A DNA stretch of 63,680 nucleotides, filler included, from Pelomyxa schiedti (GCA_020536535.1; 6 parts of 6 records of this genome joined end to end with filler, not necessarily neighbours in it); one strand, 5' to 3'; counted from the whole stretch's first letter, positions 50,354-63,114 are shown. Notes: generated from the letters alone by a model not told the origin. A program made the numbers and translations.

Positions 50354-53049
50354 TCAGAGTTTGTTGGTGGTTGTTGATTGTTGGGTGAGTTCTGAAATGG
50401 CATCCGTGGCTGAGAGCCTGGCACCTTTGTCAGGGTCCATCATCCTGATCATCACTGAGTGCACCAACAGAGCAGCAGCGTTCTCAACACCAACGTTGTT
50501 GTGCTGTTTGACCTCTCCTGACCAACAGAAAGCTGGTGAAAATGTGCTCCAAGCTGTTTGGGTTGGTGGTGTTTGGGTTGGTGGTGTTTGTTGGGGTGTT
50601 TGTTGGGGTGAAAACAGTGAGAAAGGGAAGGCACGTTCAAGGAATGGCTTCTGCTGTGGCACAGCGGCTGCCACTACTTTTTGTGGTTGCACATGTGGTT
50701 GTTGTTGTTGCCCCGGCTTCACACGTGAGAACCAAGGAACAGGAAACTCACTGAGGAGCTTATGGGTGTTGAACGTGCTCATGTCACCGTTCATTATGCT
50801 CCCAATGAACTTGTTCTCATGTGGCAGAAGAGCATCGTAGAAAGTGAGGGCGAGTGCAAAGGAGTCACACTTTGAGTATGAGAACACACCACTGGTGCCC
50901 CTTGTTACCCTCTTGAGGAACGTGCTCAGTTCCGGCGGGATTGTGCCCGTATTGGCCCACGTGTTTGTGTTGGTGTATACCATCATCTCCATGTTTGGGC
51001 AGTGTTGTGCCTCACCAAAGTCGATCAATGTCAGTTTGCCAGTCTCTGGGTCAACAAGGATGTTGTCTTCCTTGATGTCCCTGTTTTTTTTTTTGGTTAT
51101 TGAGGAGGATTGCTTGGGATGGATACACAAACCTGTGAACAATGAAATGGGACTCGATGTGGTGGATGGCCCTGAGCCCTTGTACAAACAACTTTTCTGC
51201 AACTCCAACTGTAACAGGGTGGTTGCTGGATAGAGAGAGGAGGAATGATGACAGTGTTATCCCACAATGGGGCATGAGGACGGCCAACGACTTGTTGTGG
51301 CACAGCTCTCGAAACACAGATTGCTCTCTTGGTATTTTATCTGCAAATGGTGCTGGTAGGCTGTGAGTTATTTGTTGAGTGAGAAGAGAAGGTTTGTGAA
51401 AAATACCAAGGGATGACCAAAGCACCAAGAGGGTGGATAACATTTGGATGATTTGGAACCAATGAGAGGACAACACACTCGGCCATGTATTTCCTCCGCA
51501 ACAGTGTCTGTTGCGGTGTTTTCTCCCAGTTGAAGATGATCTTCATCACCATGTTGGTGGTTTTTGTAGAAGCACTTGTTGTAGTTTGGTATCGCACTTT
51601 GAACACAGCAGCATTTGAGCCGGTGCCAAGCAGTTTCTCCACCCCAAAATCACCAACAGTTGCTGAAATCAGTGATGTCATTGTGCTCACAATTGTCTGA
51701 TTGGATACTCAATATTGGTTTTTGAGTTGTAGAGGAAGGAACCTTGTATCTTTCCACTTCTTCTGTGAGGTGTTCCCTCAGATTTTCTGCAGCTGTTCGT
51801 TCCTGTGTGACTTTAGTTTTACACAACAAGAGGTGTTCTACATCTTCCTTCTCCTTTCGCAACTCTGCCAATTGTTTCTTCAGAGAGATAACTTGCTGTG
51901 CGTGTTTCATTCAGTTTTTAAGGTTTAAACTGACACATATGCACACACCTCTTCAGAATGTGCCCTTTCTTCCAGGAGCTGTTCTTTCAACGATTCCACT
52001 TCTTTTTTCAATGTTTCAACAATGATGACGTCTTGTTGTTGCACCGCCGAGTCGTTTCCATTGTTGCTCACTGAAGATGAAGAAGATATCCCAGAGAGAA
52101 TCTGTGCAGCGCCTCTGTGCCCAAGCTTGGTAGCCATCGCCAGCCAGTGGTGTGACTGCTCCGCGTCGCAGTCGACACCATCGCCATCCCTGAGACACAC
52201 ACCAAGGTGGAACATCGAAACGGGATCACCACCCTCAGCACCCATCTGGAAATACCCAACAGCCGCCCTCTTGTCAGTTGGCGCCCCGCAGTCTCCCCTT
52301 TGGCAATACTCCCCAAGCTCCCCGAGCACCTCGGCGCGCTCTTCTGTGCTCTGTTCCGTGTACAATGCGCGAGCCTTGTCGGCGTCCATGTCGACGCCGA
52401 CGCCCCTCTCGTGGCAATACCCAAGGAACACCATGGACCTCGCGGACCACGCCTCGGCGCCGCACCGCAGCAGCCCCACGGCCCTCGCCACGTCCCTTCC
52501 CACGCCACACCCCCACAAGTAGCACCACCCAAGGTACGCCTCGGCGTCGACGCCGTCCTCGGCGGACTGCCGGAGGAGCTCCACGGCCCGGGCCCAGTCC
52601 CGCTCCACGCCGTCGCCGCGCAGGTAGCACGCGCCGAGCCGCCACGAGTGCCACCTGTACTTGCCGACGGCGGCGTTGTAGAGCGACACGGCCCGCGGCG
52701 CGTCGCGCTCCACGCCGACGCCGTGCTGGTGGCACCACGCAAGCCGGACCATCGCGCGGTGGTAGCCGAGGCCGGCGGCCTTCGCCCACGCCCACGCCGC
52801 CTTGTCCGCGTCGCGGCCCGGCGCCCCTGCGGGGCACCCGTTGTAGTAGTCGCACCCGACGCCGTACAGGCCCCCGCCGTCGCCCGCGGTGTTGTACCAG
52901 TACAGCGCCTCGTCCAGGTCCACGGCCACCCCGTCGCGGCCGTCGCGGTAGCACAGCGCCAGCTTGCGCATAGCGTCGGTGTTGCCTGCGTGGGCCTGCT
53001 CTACCAGGGACACAATGTAGGAGTTGTCGATGTGTGTTGCGGTTGACAT
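50354..53049 (-). CDS. SEL1-repeat, coiled-coil, PINK1-like Ser/Thr kinase fusion
   Basis: About seven SEL1 repeats (LG.CY..G.GV..D..A); LGTGSNAAVF, MVMKIIFN, HPNVIH, IVHR|DIKEDNILV, IDFG, NTGTIPPE, YSKCDSFAL. Confidence 0.85.
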
Positions 53050-53345
53050 CAAACTTTTTTATTGCTTCTGTTTGTGTTCTACATGAACATCGACACCACC
53101 TTCACCAGACAAGCACCCCCACTTGTGTGCTGCACCGACACTGCAAATCGATGAGAAAACCACACTTTTTTAGTTAGCGAGGCAGCGTGAAGCGGTTTGC
53201 CGGGATTCGTTGATGTTTTGTGTAGGAGGTTGCTGAAGAAGAACAGGTGGGGCTAGAGGAGTAAGCACAGTGAAGGTTGCGGTTTGTTGAATTTGTGATG
53301 CATTTCCAGGTTGTAATGTGCAAGGAGAAGAACTCAGGGAAGGTA

Positions 53346-53445
53346 NNNNNNNNNNNNNNNNNNNNNNNNNNNNNNNNNNNNNNNNNNNNTTAATTAATTA
53401 ANNNNNNNNNNNNNNNNNNNNNNNNNNNNNNNNNNNNNNNNNNNN
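53346..53445. other. Artificial scaffold linker
   Basis: N44-TTAATTAATTAA-N44. Confidence 0.95.
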
Positions 53446-53827
53446 TCCAGAACGGAAACTTTTGTTTTATCGCCAGCTTTCGATTTATCAAAAGCTGTTG
53501 CGTGAAGCCGATTTCTGCCAGATGGATGAGAAAACGCTGATTAATGATTTTTAGGGTAAGTCTAATCAAAAGATCGAAACCCCTGGTTTTCGATACTGAG
53601 CCACCTGATGAAATCGCCCACTCAAGGTAAAATAATAAATTGCCGCTTCGCAACAGCGTCTTCTTCATCAAGCAGGCGGTGATGATAAAATCGATTTCCG
53701 TTAACAATAGATCGATGCCCAACCGCACCAACAACTGACCCTTCAAAAACCAAGTAAAATACAATACGCAAGACGTTCCTACGTAAGTGCCAAATTGTGC
53801 TTATATATATACTTATGCACATGAAGA

Positions 53828-55090
53828 ATGATGTTGCCACATCTCAATGAACCGACGAGGCCATCAAAATGGAGTTTCCTGGAGGGCGGGAGTGGTGTGG
53901 TAATAACCACGTGCCCTGCATTCAGCCTACTTCGCAGTGATCAATCAGGGCCAAGGACAAGGGCTGAGGTGATGTCTTCAATGTTCCCGAGAGAATGGTG
54001 TCAGTTGATGACTCTTATGCTGGGTGCGTCGGTCTCAGTGTCAGTATCACACTCGATGTCACTTGCAATGACAGTGGCACAACCGGCTGTGAGGATTCTG
54101 GGGACACAGGGAGGCCCGGTGTTGTTGTCAGTGGTGTGGGACTTGGTGGCTGCGTTTCTGACTGAGAGGGTGGTGGCTGTGAGGCTGTGCTGCAGTGATT
54201 CATCGTGGTCAAAGTGGGTCACTATTGGGGTGTCACCTTTGTGTGGGATCACCTGCGATGGAGTGGCTGACTGTGGGGACCAGAGGGCTCCATCTGGAGT
54301 GTTTGGTGGAAAGATATCGATGTGGTGGAACGAGAACAATTTGTGGGTGGTTACATGCTTGAGGAAAAGCAGCGTAAAAATAGGGGAAGTGGAGGGAAAC
54401 CAAGTGATGATGGTTAACAGGCAAGGGAATGACAGGGAGACAACGAAGCTGTCTATCCCTGGATACTGTAATTTGGAGGCTCTTTATATTGCTGACCTGT
54501 GCTTTGACAAAGTGGCCCAAAACGAGATAACTGCTGTTCTCACAGACCAAGCTAAGAGAACTGCTGTTTTCCTGGTTGTTGACTTGGAGCATTCCCATAG
54601 CGCTGGATGCCTCAGTCTATTCAGTGCAACCACAAGTCTTGTTCCAGTTAATGACAGTTTTTGGAAGGTAACATCAACACTGGTGATGAGGAGGAATGGG
54701 GGCCGCCGTGCATTCATCTTGGTCATTAGAATGCCCCCAATATTTGGAGTCTATGAGGTGGAAGAAGGAACTGCACTTGTGAGGCAACTTGCAGAATCAG
54801 AGAGGGAGCTTTCGGTGTCACAGCTGGATGAGTCCCGGTTCTGCGTGTACTACGTGCATCAGTGCAATGTTTATTACATCTGGGAGGCAGACAGGCCACC
54901 CAAGTGTGTGACTTTGGAGGTCCCTAGTGATTCCGTTTCTAGTGTGCAAGTTGAAGCAGGCCTGATTTTTCTTGTTGGCGAAAACGATGTGAAAGCATTT
55001 GAGGTCACATCAGGACAACCCGTGTTCAATATCGAGGCCGTGTCTCTGCCTCGCAACCTTGGATTCCCACTGAAAATTCACCAGCTGTAG
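53828..55090 (+). CDS. Hypothetical beta-rich protein of an apparently lineage-specific family; start uncertain
   Basis: Intronless 420-aa ORF; C-terminus (VEAGLIFLV..VKAFEVTSGQPVF) resembles 63445-63680. Confidence 0.65.
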   Translation: MMLPHLNEPTRPSKWSFLEGGSGVVITTCPAFSLLRSDQSGPRTRAEVMSSMFPREWCQLMTLMLGASVSVSVSHSMSLAMTVAQPAVRILGTQGGPVLLSVVWDLVAAFLTERVVAVRLCCSDSSWSKWVTIGVSPLCGITCDGVADCGDQRAPSGVFGGKISMWWNENNLWVVTCLRKSSVKIGEVEGNQVMMVNRQGNDRETTKLSIPGYCNLEALYIADLCFDKVAQNEITAVLTDQAKRTAVFLVVDLEHSHSAGCLSLFSATTSLVPVNDSFWKVTSTLVMRRNGGRRAFILVIRMPPIFGVYEVEEGTALVRQLAESERELSVSQLDESRFCVYYVHQCNVYYIWEADRPPKCVTLEVPSDSVSSVQVEAGLIFLVGENDVKAFEVTSGQPVFNIEAVSLPRNLGFPLKIHQL

Positions 55091-55190
55091 ATCTCTGAAT
55101 GCACCATTCTTCCGGCCCCATCAAATCTCTCGTAAAATTGTTATGAGAAAAGAAGCTTCAAAAAGAAAAAAATTGTCGAATCGTTGATCG

Positions 55191-57204
55191 GTGATGCAGA
55201 ACTCGTCCGGATCTCCGACAGCAAAACGCGGGGAAGCGACTGGTGGTAGTGACAGTGGCGTTGTTGGTAGTAGTGACAGCGGCGGTGCTAGATCTGCGTC
55301 TTTTTCATCGTCCTTGTCGCGATCTCCGTCGCCGCCCCCTCCGCCTTCTGACAGCGAAGGAAGCAGCAGCGGGAGCGCTTCTTCTTCTTGCTCGTCGTCT
55401 GACGACGAGGCCGAGTTGCGCAGAGATCAGGATGTTGTATTCCAATCGGCCTCTGGTCACATTCAGTCCGACGAAGTTACTCCGCTGTTCAGCACAGGAG
55501 CAGGAGGAAAATACTACAGGAGCGTCAGCACTGATATCGCATCGGAGACACGGTTTCACAGCATGCCACGCTCGTCAACACCGCGCTACGACCACCGCCA
55601 TAGTCACTCACACGAACGCTCTCCTGGGAAGGGCTCTGCGCATCCCTCTAGAGGTACGCCTTCAACGTTGGATGATACTGCTGTTGGAATAACAATTAAA
55701 CCTGATGGAGGCAAAGAGGACACGCATTGGCAGCCCAACGACGCCAACACGGAATATTTACGGTCTTCGCCGCCGGTGGAAACGTCAGCATCTATTAACG
55801 CCAATGAGAGCGAAACCCCTATGCGTAGACTTAGAAGAACCCTCAGTAAATCTTTTAAGAGGTCACAGTCAATGGTCTCAATTGAGTCACGCTCTGTGAG
55901 ACAGAAGATGGCGGAGGACCGAAGAGGAAGCAACACACCTGCAGCTACAGGGCAATTCATTAAGTGTGTGACGCACAATTATACAGCATTCTGGCGTTTA
56001 TTACGGCTAATATTATTTACAGTTGTCTTTGTTTGTGTCTCTCACTCACTTCCTTGACCTAAGCTTTGTATTTCCTTTGTGCTTTCTACAGGAGCATGCT
56101 TGGAGCCGGTATATTATCAATGCCAAAGTCCTTTTCAGAGAGTGGGTTATGGCTTGGCTTCGTTGCTCTACCAATTTTAACCCTTATTACCATGTTTGGG
56201 CAGTTAATCATCGTCAAGGTAATGGTTTGATTCTTTTCTTTTCATTTCACAGATCACATAAAGTGTAAAAGAGCAGCAAATAAGCAAATTACCGGGGACG
56301 ATTACAAAGGCCCAGGTTTTTTGACTGTACTCTATTCCCACACTTATTGGAACAAACTAGTTATTACGTACAAAGATTTGGGGGCTACTACAAGCAATAT
56401 GGGAAAATGGGCTGTCCTTCTGACTATTGTTTGCCTGCAGTTGTGCTTTTGCACAGGGTGGGTAATTGTTATGAGCAACAATATCCACACCTTGCTTCCC
56501 AGTATTTCCCGGATTGTCCAGATAGTGTGGGTATGCTTTAACATAATCAATTGCAATCTCATAGACCACAGCTCTATCCCCTCCTCGTTCTCTTATCGTG
56601 GATCCGCTACATCAAACAATTAGTTTATACATCATTCCTGGGGCTTGCCATCTATGTGTTTGGTGTCATGGGTGTCAGTTTTTATTACGCATTCCCAAAT
56701 CTGGACCAAGAGCATTACAAAGACGTTGTTGCTATGGACTGGGCACAATTACCACTGTTTCTATCGACCTTGCTTTACGCATACGGGTGTGGATTTAATA
56801 GTGTGCTTGCGTGTGAGGGCACCTTGAAGAAACCCTCCCAAGCACCGGCTATGGCCGGCATTGGATTTTGGCTTTACGCGTTGATGGTTCTTGCTTTTGG
56901 ATCCATCATGTATGTGTCTGGATATGGTACTTGCTCAGTTGTACTTGATTGCCTGCCTCCAGTTAATTTTCATTTCCCAAACAAAAAAGAACTTACACGA
57001 AATAGGGAATTCCAATTACCGTCGTCAAAGTATTACTCACATTGGCTCTTCTTGTTACATTTCCTCTTGGACTTAATGTTGCAAATGAAGTTCTGGAAGA
57101 TGAAATTTTCACCGAGTCAACTCCCATGGCCTTGCGATGCATTGTACGCACAGTTCTTGTCTCTGTGACCTGCGTTATTGCAATCATTTTCCCCGATTTC
57201 AGCG
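55191..57204 (+). CDS. Amino-acid/auxin permease (Aa_trans) family transporter with Ser-rich N-terminus; 3'-truncated
   Basis: GQFIK...GAGILSMPKSFSESGLWLG, TYKDLG, LSWIRYIKQL, LPLFLSTLLYAY, TFPL, IAIIFPDF. Confidence 0.85.
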
Positions 57205-57304
57205 NNNNNNNNNNNNNNNNNNNNNNNNNNNNNNNNNNNNNNNNNNNNTTAATTAATTAANNNNNNNNNNNNNNNNNNNNNNNNNNNNNNNNNNNNNNNN
57301 NNNN
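57205..57304. other. Artificial scaffold linker
   Basis: N44-TTAATTAATTAA-N44. Confidence 0.95.
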
Positions 57305-58548
57305 TTTATGACTTGCTTCAATTTCTCTCTGTGGCACTTTATATCATTTTTCTACCTGTTGTTGGATAATTGGATCCTTTTATTTCCATAAAGGGAGTAA
57401 GTACACACTCCCTGGCAGCTTTTTCATTGCGTTTATTCATCAATTTCTGACTTGCTTCAATTTGTCTCTTTGCTTCTCTCTGTGGAATGTTTAGTTTGTG
57501 TGTAACCACTTCCAACCCTTTTTATTGCGTTTATTCATCAATTTCTGACTTGCTTCAATTTCTCTCTCTTTGCTTCTCTCTGTGGAATGTTTAGTATGTG
57601 TGTAACTGCTCCCAACCCTTTTTTATTGCGTTTATTCATCAATTTCTGACTTGCCTCAATTTCTCTCTCTTTGCTTCTCTCTGTGGAATGTTTAGGATGT
57701 GTGTAACTGCTCCCAACCCTTTTTCATTGCGTTTATTCATCAATTTCTGACTTGCTTCAATTTCTCTCCTCTTTGCTTCTCTCTGTGATAAACTCAGGGA
57801 GTGTGTAACTGCTCCCAACCCTTTTTTATTGCATTTATTCATCAAATTCTGACTTGCTTCAATTTCTCTCCTCTTTGCTTCTCTCTGTGGAATGTTTAGT
57901 TTGTGTGTAACCGCTTCCAACCCTTTTTATTGCGTTTATTCATCAAATTCTGACTTGCCTCAATTTCTCTCTTTGCTTCTCTCTGTGGAATGTTTAGTTT
58001 GTGTGTAACTGCTCCCAACCCTTTTTTATTGCATTTATTCATCAATTTCTGACTTGCTTTAATTTCTCTCTCTTTGCTTCGCTCTGTGGAATGTTTAGGA
58101 TGTGTGTAACTGCTCCCAACCCTTTTTTCTTGCGTTTATTCATCAAATTCTGACTTGCCTCAATTTCTCTCTCTTTGCTTCTCTCTGTGATAAACTCAGG
58201 GAGTGTGTAACTTCTCCCAACCCTTTTTATTGCGTTTATTCATCAATTTCTGACTTGCTTCAATTTCTCTCTCTTTGCTTCTCTCTGTGGAATGTTAAGA
58301 TTGTGTGTAACTGCTCCCAACCCTTTTTCATTGCGTTTATTCATCAAATTCTGACTTGCTTCAATTTGTCTCTTTGCTTCAAAACTCAGAGAGTGTGTAA
58401 CTTCTCCCAACCCTTTTTATTCGTCAATTTATGACTTGCTTCAATTTCTCTCTGTGGCACTTTATATCATTTTTCTACCTGTTGTTGGATAATTGGATCC
58501 TTTTATTTCCATAAAGGGAGTAAGTACACACTCCCTGGCAGCTTTTTC
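57305..58548. repeat. Tandem array of about ten ~100-bp units, bounded by a 121-bp direct repeat
   Basis: ttgcgtttattcatcaatttctgacttgcttcaatttctctc... recurs about every 100 bp; 57305-57425 equals 58428-58548. Confidence 0.95.
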
Positions 58549-58783
58549 TTCTAACTTTCCGCGTTTTTTCTGCTATTTTTTCACTGCTGCAGATTGTATG
58601 AACTCCACTCCTTGAATCTTTCCTGTGCTTACCTTCTTATTTTTCAGGAAGTATGACTTTTTTTTCTTGTTCTTGTTGTTCCTCACATATCTTTTGGGGT
58701 CTCTTTCAAATTGGAAGGGTGATGTATGTACCCTTTATTTGATGGCTGACACAAAACTTAATTTTCGTCTCCCTCTCTCTCAG

Positions 58784-59553
58784 ACCACGCTTCATCTTGC
58801 CTGCAGAGAAGGAAACGTTGCAATTGTGAAACAACTTCTATCTTGTGTGGGTATCAGCACTCACATCAAGGTTGTTTTCCCTGTTTGTTTAATATGTGTT
58901 GTAATTTTCCTATCGGCGCAGAACAAGGAGGGAAAAACAGCACTTGAGAGCTCGAAAAATGATCAAGTGCGTCAAGTGTTCCAAGCCGTGTGTCCAGCCA
59001 CAACATCAGCAATAACGCAGGCAGTCACCTATCCCAAAACATCCCAACAACAACCACATCCAAGACCACCCTCTGCTACAAACGATCCATCACCATCATC
59101 CACCCCACCAAAACCACAGCCACAAGCAGCAACTGTGGGGGCAAGACCAACCACAACAATGGCGACCAGCAAAGTGCTCCCCAAAGCTCTTGACGAAGGT
59201 GATGACATCATCAACAACCTCAGAAAACAAGAGAGAGACTGCTGGGAAATCGAGGCGAAGCAGCTGAAGAGTTTAGTGAAAAACCCCTTCCTCAAATGAA
59301 AATGCAAACGCACTTTGTATTCAACAGATGAGATCACAGAACTGAAGGCAAGAATCACACAATTGGAGGAAGAAAACACATATAACCTGAATCTTCTCCA
59401 TGAAGAAAGAAAACAACATGCGACCACCCAACAAAGAATTAAAGAAATGAAACGAATCTATGAAGAAAGAGAAACAGACAACCAACAAAGATTTCGTGAG
59501 CTTCAACAACAATGTTTGTGCTCCCCTTTCCTCCTTCCTTCTCCTTTCAGATC
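58784..59553 (+). CDS. Fragment of ankyrin-repeat + coiled-coil protein
   Basis: TTLHLACREGNVAIVKQLL, NKEGKTALE, then P/T-rich linker and coiled coil; short introns. Confidence 0.7.
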
Positions 59554-59653
59554 NNNNNNNNNNNNNNNNNNNNNNNNNNNNNNNNNNNNNNNNNNNNTTA
59601 ATTAATTAANNNNNNNNNNNNNNNNNNNNNNNNNNNNNNNNNNNNNNNNNNNN
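59554..59653. other. Artificial scaffold linker
   Basis: N44-TTAATTAATTAA-N44. Confidence 0.95.
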
Positions 59654-60676
59654 GGTGGTGTTGCGCCCGTGGTTTCAAGTCCGACTTGTTGTTCGCACTT
59701 GCGATAATGCAGTTGGTGCGTCGGTAGTGGTTTTTATGTTTTTTATGTTTGTATTGATTTACATTTGGTGGCGATTGCCTTTCGGAAAGTGACACATTAG
59801 CAATTGCCCTTAGAAATAGGATAGCCTTTTGGATAGCAGAAATCACATGCCACTCCTAGATACATGCAACAACGTAACGTGGACAACACTGCACATTGTG
59901 GGCACTGCCCCAGCATTGGGTGCCCGATCCCTAAGGGTCCAATCACATACTCCTGAGAGATCTGTACCTGCAATATGCAATCATTTTATCGGTGCGGGCA
60001 GAAGTGGAGTCGGCGACGCGTGTCGGAGTGCAGGGGACTGAGGATTGACGTAAGGTGTGGGGCTGTGAATGTTGACAACCACGCAGGCAAATTGAGGTGT
60101 AATGCAAGCAATGTGTCATAATGCGCAAGCAATGTGTCACAACTATTTCAATTTCCCCGGATGAATCTTGTGGCACGCCATGCATGCGGGTGGGCGAGGG
60201 GAGAATGTAAGATCCCCACAACGACATAAAACAAACAGAACATCGAGCACCACTAAGCCAAGCCTCGTGTTGGGAGTGTCCGGGTGGGTCGGCGGCTGTT
60301 CAACTCTTGCTTGTGATCGTTGCAGTGGTTTGTGTAATTGGTAAACGTCTATTGGTCTATTGGCGCGTTTTCACAATTTCAACAGATTTCCTGCCTGCAA
60401 GTGTCATTTGATTACCAGGGAGTGTCTTCCACCAAAGGGTATCTGCAGGCACAAGAGAGGATACTGTGGGTACAGCAACAGGCCGTTGGTGCATCAAAAA
60501 CAAACAACCGAAGCTTCGAAGCCATCAAATTATTGTTCCAATAACAACAGCCCTCGCACGTGCTACCATTTACTCCCCCTCAGGGAATAAATGGTACTCA
60601 TCTCCCACTATCCCATCCACAACTTTGCGTGTTGATGCTTGGTTCAACTAAGGACATCGAGAGGGAACCACTCAGA

Positions 60677-60776
60677 NNNNNNNNNNNNNNNNNNNNNNNN
60701 NNNNNNNNNNNNNNNNNNNNTTAATTAATTAANNNNNNNNNNNNNNNNNNNNNNNNNNNNNNNNNNNNNNNNNNNN
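60677..60776. other. Artificial scaffold linker
   Basis: N44-TTAATTAATTAA-N44. Confidence 0.95.
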
Positions 60777-61038
60777 TCAGGTCCAGCGTGAAAACCCTGA
60801 TTGTGGGACGCACGACATCGAGCCACAACATGCGGACGAAAGACGTGGCTTGGCCCTGTCCCATAACTCGGAAAATCGGGGAGCCGGCGCCGCACCTCGC
60901 GATCGTCGCTCCTGCGGCCAGCGCGCCAAGTTGGGCTCGCGTGGTGATTCGGCGGCCAAGTGGTGTCACGTCTCGACACTCGATGCTCGTTACGCTCTCG
61001 TTGATCGAGACGCTCCACGTTGTTGTCGTTGCTTTCAT
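60777..61038 (-). CDS. 5' part of hypothetical protein, truncated at contig end
   Basis: Open frame from ATG at 61038 (MKATTTTW...RAQLGALAAGATIARCGAGSP) running into the gap. Confidence 0.5.
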
Positions 61039-61206
61039 GTTTTCTGCTTATTTGTTAGTTGAAATTGTATCTTGGATGCAAAGATGGATTACAACGACGG
61101 TGATGTGGTGGTGCTCACAGCCTCGCACGCATCAGCTTGTGGGTCCCATAATGCACTCCACTGGGTCCGGTTGATCGTCTGCCTTATAACTGATTCACTT
61201 TTTTTG

Positions 61207-62289
61207 TCAATCAGTCATTCGTCTAACAACAGGGGAGCAGATGATGGCAATGTAGTCCAAGGCACTGTCAGTGTTGTTTGCGTGTGCCAACATGTACCAC
61301 TTTAGTGCCTCCTTGATGTCACAGAACCCGTACCCCCTCTCCAGCACCCTTCCGTACATAACCTGTCCTGCACTGTTGCCCCAGTCTGCTGCCGCCCTTA
61401 GCGCAGCAACACCTTCTTTTGGGTTTGGTGCAGTGCCACCCCCAGTTCCACCAGTTCCAACTGTGAGGAAGTATCCCAACTGTGCCATGGCATCAGGGAA
61501 CACCTGCTGTGCTGCAACAGAGTACATTCTCACAGCCTCTGTGATGTCCTGCTCAACACCTTTGCCAGTTTCCAGGCAGGTGGCCACCTCAGTCTGACAT
61601 GGTGCCGAGTTCATGCTGGCACCCATCTTGAACAGCCTGAATGCCTCAATCTCGTTCTTTGGAACTCCATTTCCCTCAAGGTAACACAGTGCCAGGTTCC
61701 TCATTGACAGAACGCTGCCCTGTGACACACCTTTCCTGAAGTATTCTGCCGCAAGTGTTGTGTCCTGGTCCACACCAACACCAAAGAAGTGAATCTCACC
61801 CAAGAGGTAATTCCCAGCCGAACTCAGTGATGCCTCTTGTGATTCAGCGGCTCTGTGGGCAATCCTCCTGAAAAAGAGCTCTTGTGCTTGCGTTCCAGCC
61901 ATTCCTCTGTCCAGGAATTCGTCCAAGGGATCCACAGCAAAGGGCTTCATCGCAGAGAATTCCTTTGTGGCAACAAACACAGCCCACCTCAACAAGAACC
62001 ATGCAATGGTCTCAGTGACTGCAGTCATCACAACTGGCTCTCCCCCAAGCCACCCCAGTGACACACAAGGATTTCTTTTATCTTTCATCCTTGTGTTCCA
62101 TTTTTCCACCCACCTGACACAAACATGGGTGCTTTCATCTGGTTGATGAGTGTTGGTGTTTGTTGTTATTGGCACCTCTGTCAGTAGCATTTCGTTGCAC
62201 CTTGGAATGGCCTCCTTGAAGTTGCCGTTGGCACACATTCTCACTGTCTCAATCACAAAGTCATCGACAGCCGTCATCGTTGCTGCCAT
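61207..62289 (-). CDS. SEL1-repeat protein
   Basis: YLLGEIHFFGVGVDQD..AAEYF, LALCYLEGNGVPKN, ETGKGVEQD, YGRVLERGYG. Confidence 0.85.
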   Translation of the reverse strand: MAATMTAVDDFVIETVRMCANGNFKEAIPRCNEMLLTEVPITTNTNTHQPDESTHVCVRWVEKWNTRMKDKRNPCVSLGWLGGEPVVMTAVTETIAWFLLRWAVFVATKEFSAMKPFAVDPLDEFLDRGMAGTQAQELFFRRIAHRAAESQEASLSSAGNYLLGEIHFFGVGVDQDTTLAAEYFRKGVSQGSVLSMRNLALCYLEGNGVPKNEIEAFRLFKMGASMNSAPCQTEVATCLETGKGVEQDITEAVRMYSVAAQQVFPDAMAQLGYFLTVGTGGTGGGTAPNPKEGVAALRAAADWGNSAGQVMYGRVLERGYGFCDIKEALKWYMLAHANNTDSALDYIAIICSPVVRRMTD

Positions 62290-63114
62290 AGTACAGATGT
62301 TCAATGGTTATGGTGCCTTGAGCTGTTGGTGAAACTAATGAGTTGTGGATGAACGTTGGTGTTCTTCTTGTTCTTTCTTCTTGCTCTGGGAAGTGGTTCT
62401 TCATCAGAATCATCAGGAAGATTAGACTTACCAGCAGCTGCTAGCAGATCGTTCTCTGGCTTTCTGTGTTGCAACAAAGCGCCAGACCAGCGGCCCAACA
62501 AACGCAGCACTGCCGGAATGGCTGGGGTTGTGTTGCTTGGGGTCCTCTTCAGACAGCGACAGCGACAGCGACAGCGACAAGCAAGATAAACGCGGCGTTC
62601 GTCAGGTAGAAAACACCACAGGTCCCACAACTCCACATAACAAGAATGAAAACGTCCAGTGGAGTATTGTTGTGGTGTATGTCGGTTCGGTGACGAGTTG
62701 GAGCTTTGCCAGTGTTGTGTGCGCTGGAAACTCACACAGTCGCTGCAAGGATAACTGTGTGGCCAAAATTCCCAAGTCATGGGTATGCACAGAGCGCAAA
62801 TAGAATTCCAGGTGAGTGTTCCTCACTCAATCCAAAATATCTATTTTGTAGAGTGAAATTCCATGAACAAAAAGCGCTAAATAGCTTTTAAAGTGCAATT
62901 GCAAGCCAATAAATTGATAAATGCAAACGAAATGAATAAACTGATTGTAAATTGAAGTGAAAATGAGAGTCTCATGTTACATAGCTTTGGAATTGAGACA
63001 GCGGCTTCAAATATGTGTTTCTAGCATTCCCACGCTTAATAGAACGCTTGCCAGGTGTTGTATGTATGATCTTCATGATTTCTGCGCTAATGTCATTGCA
63101 GAGTGCATGCTAGT

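Noticed and set aside
57420-58450. Regular repeat array as a CRISPR
   Set aside because: No unique spacers, whole units repeat, no cas genes, eukaryotic context
59654-60676. Short ORFs and a 15-bp direct repeat on a 1-kb contig
   Set aside because: No recognisable motif and frames interrupted by stops; cannot support a gene call
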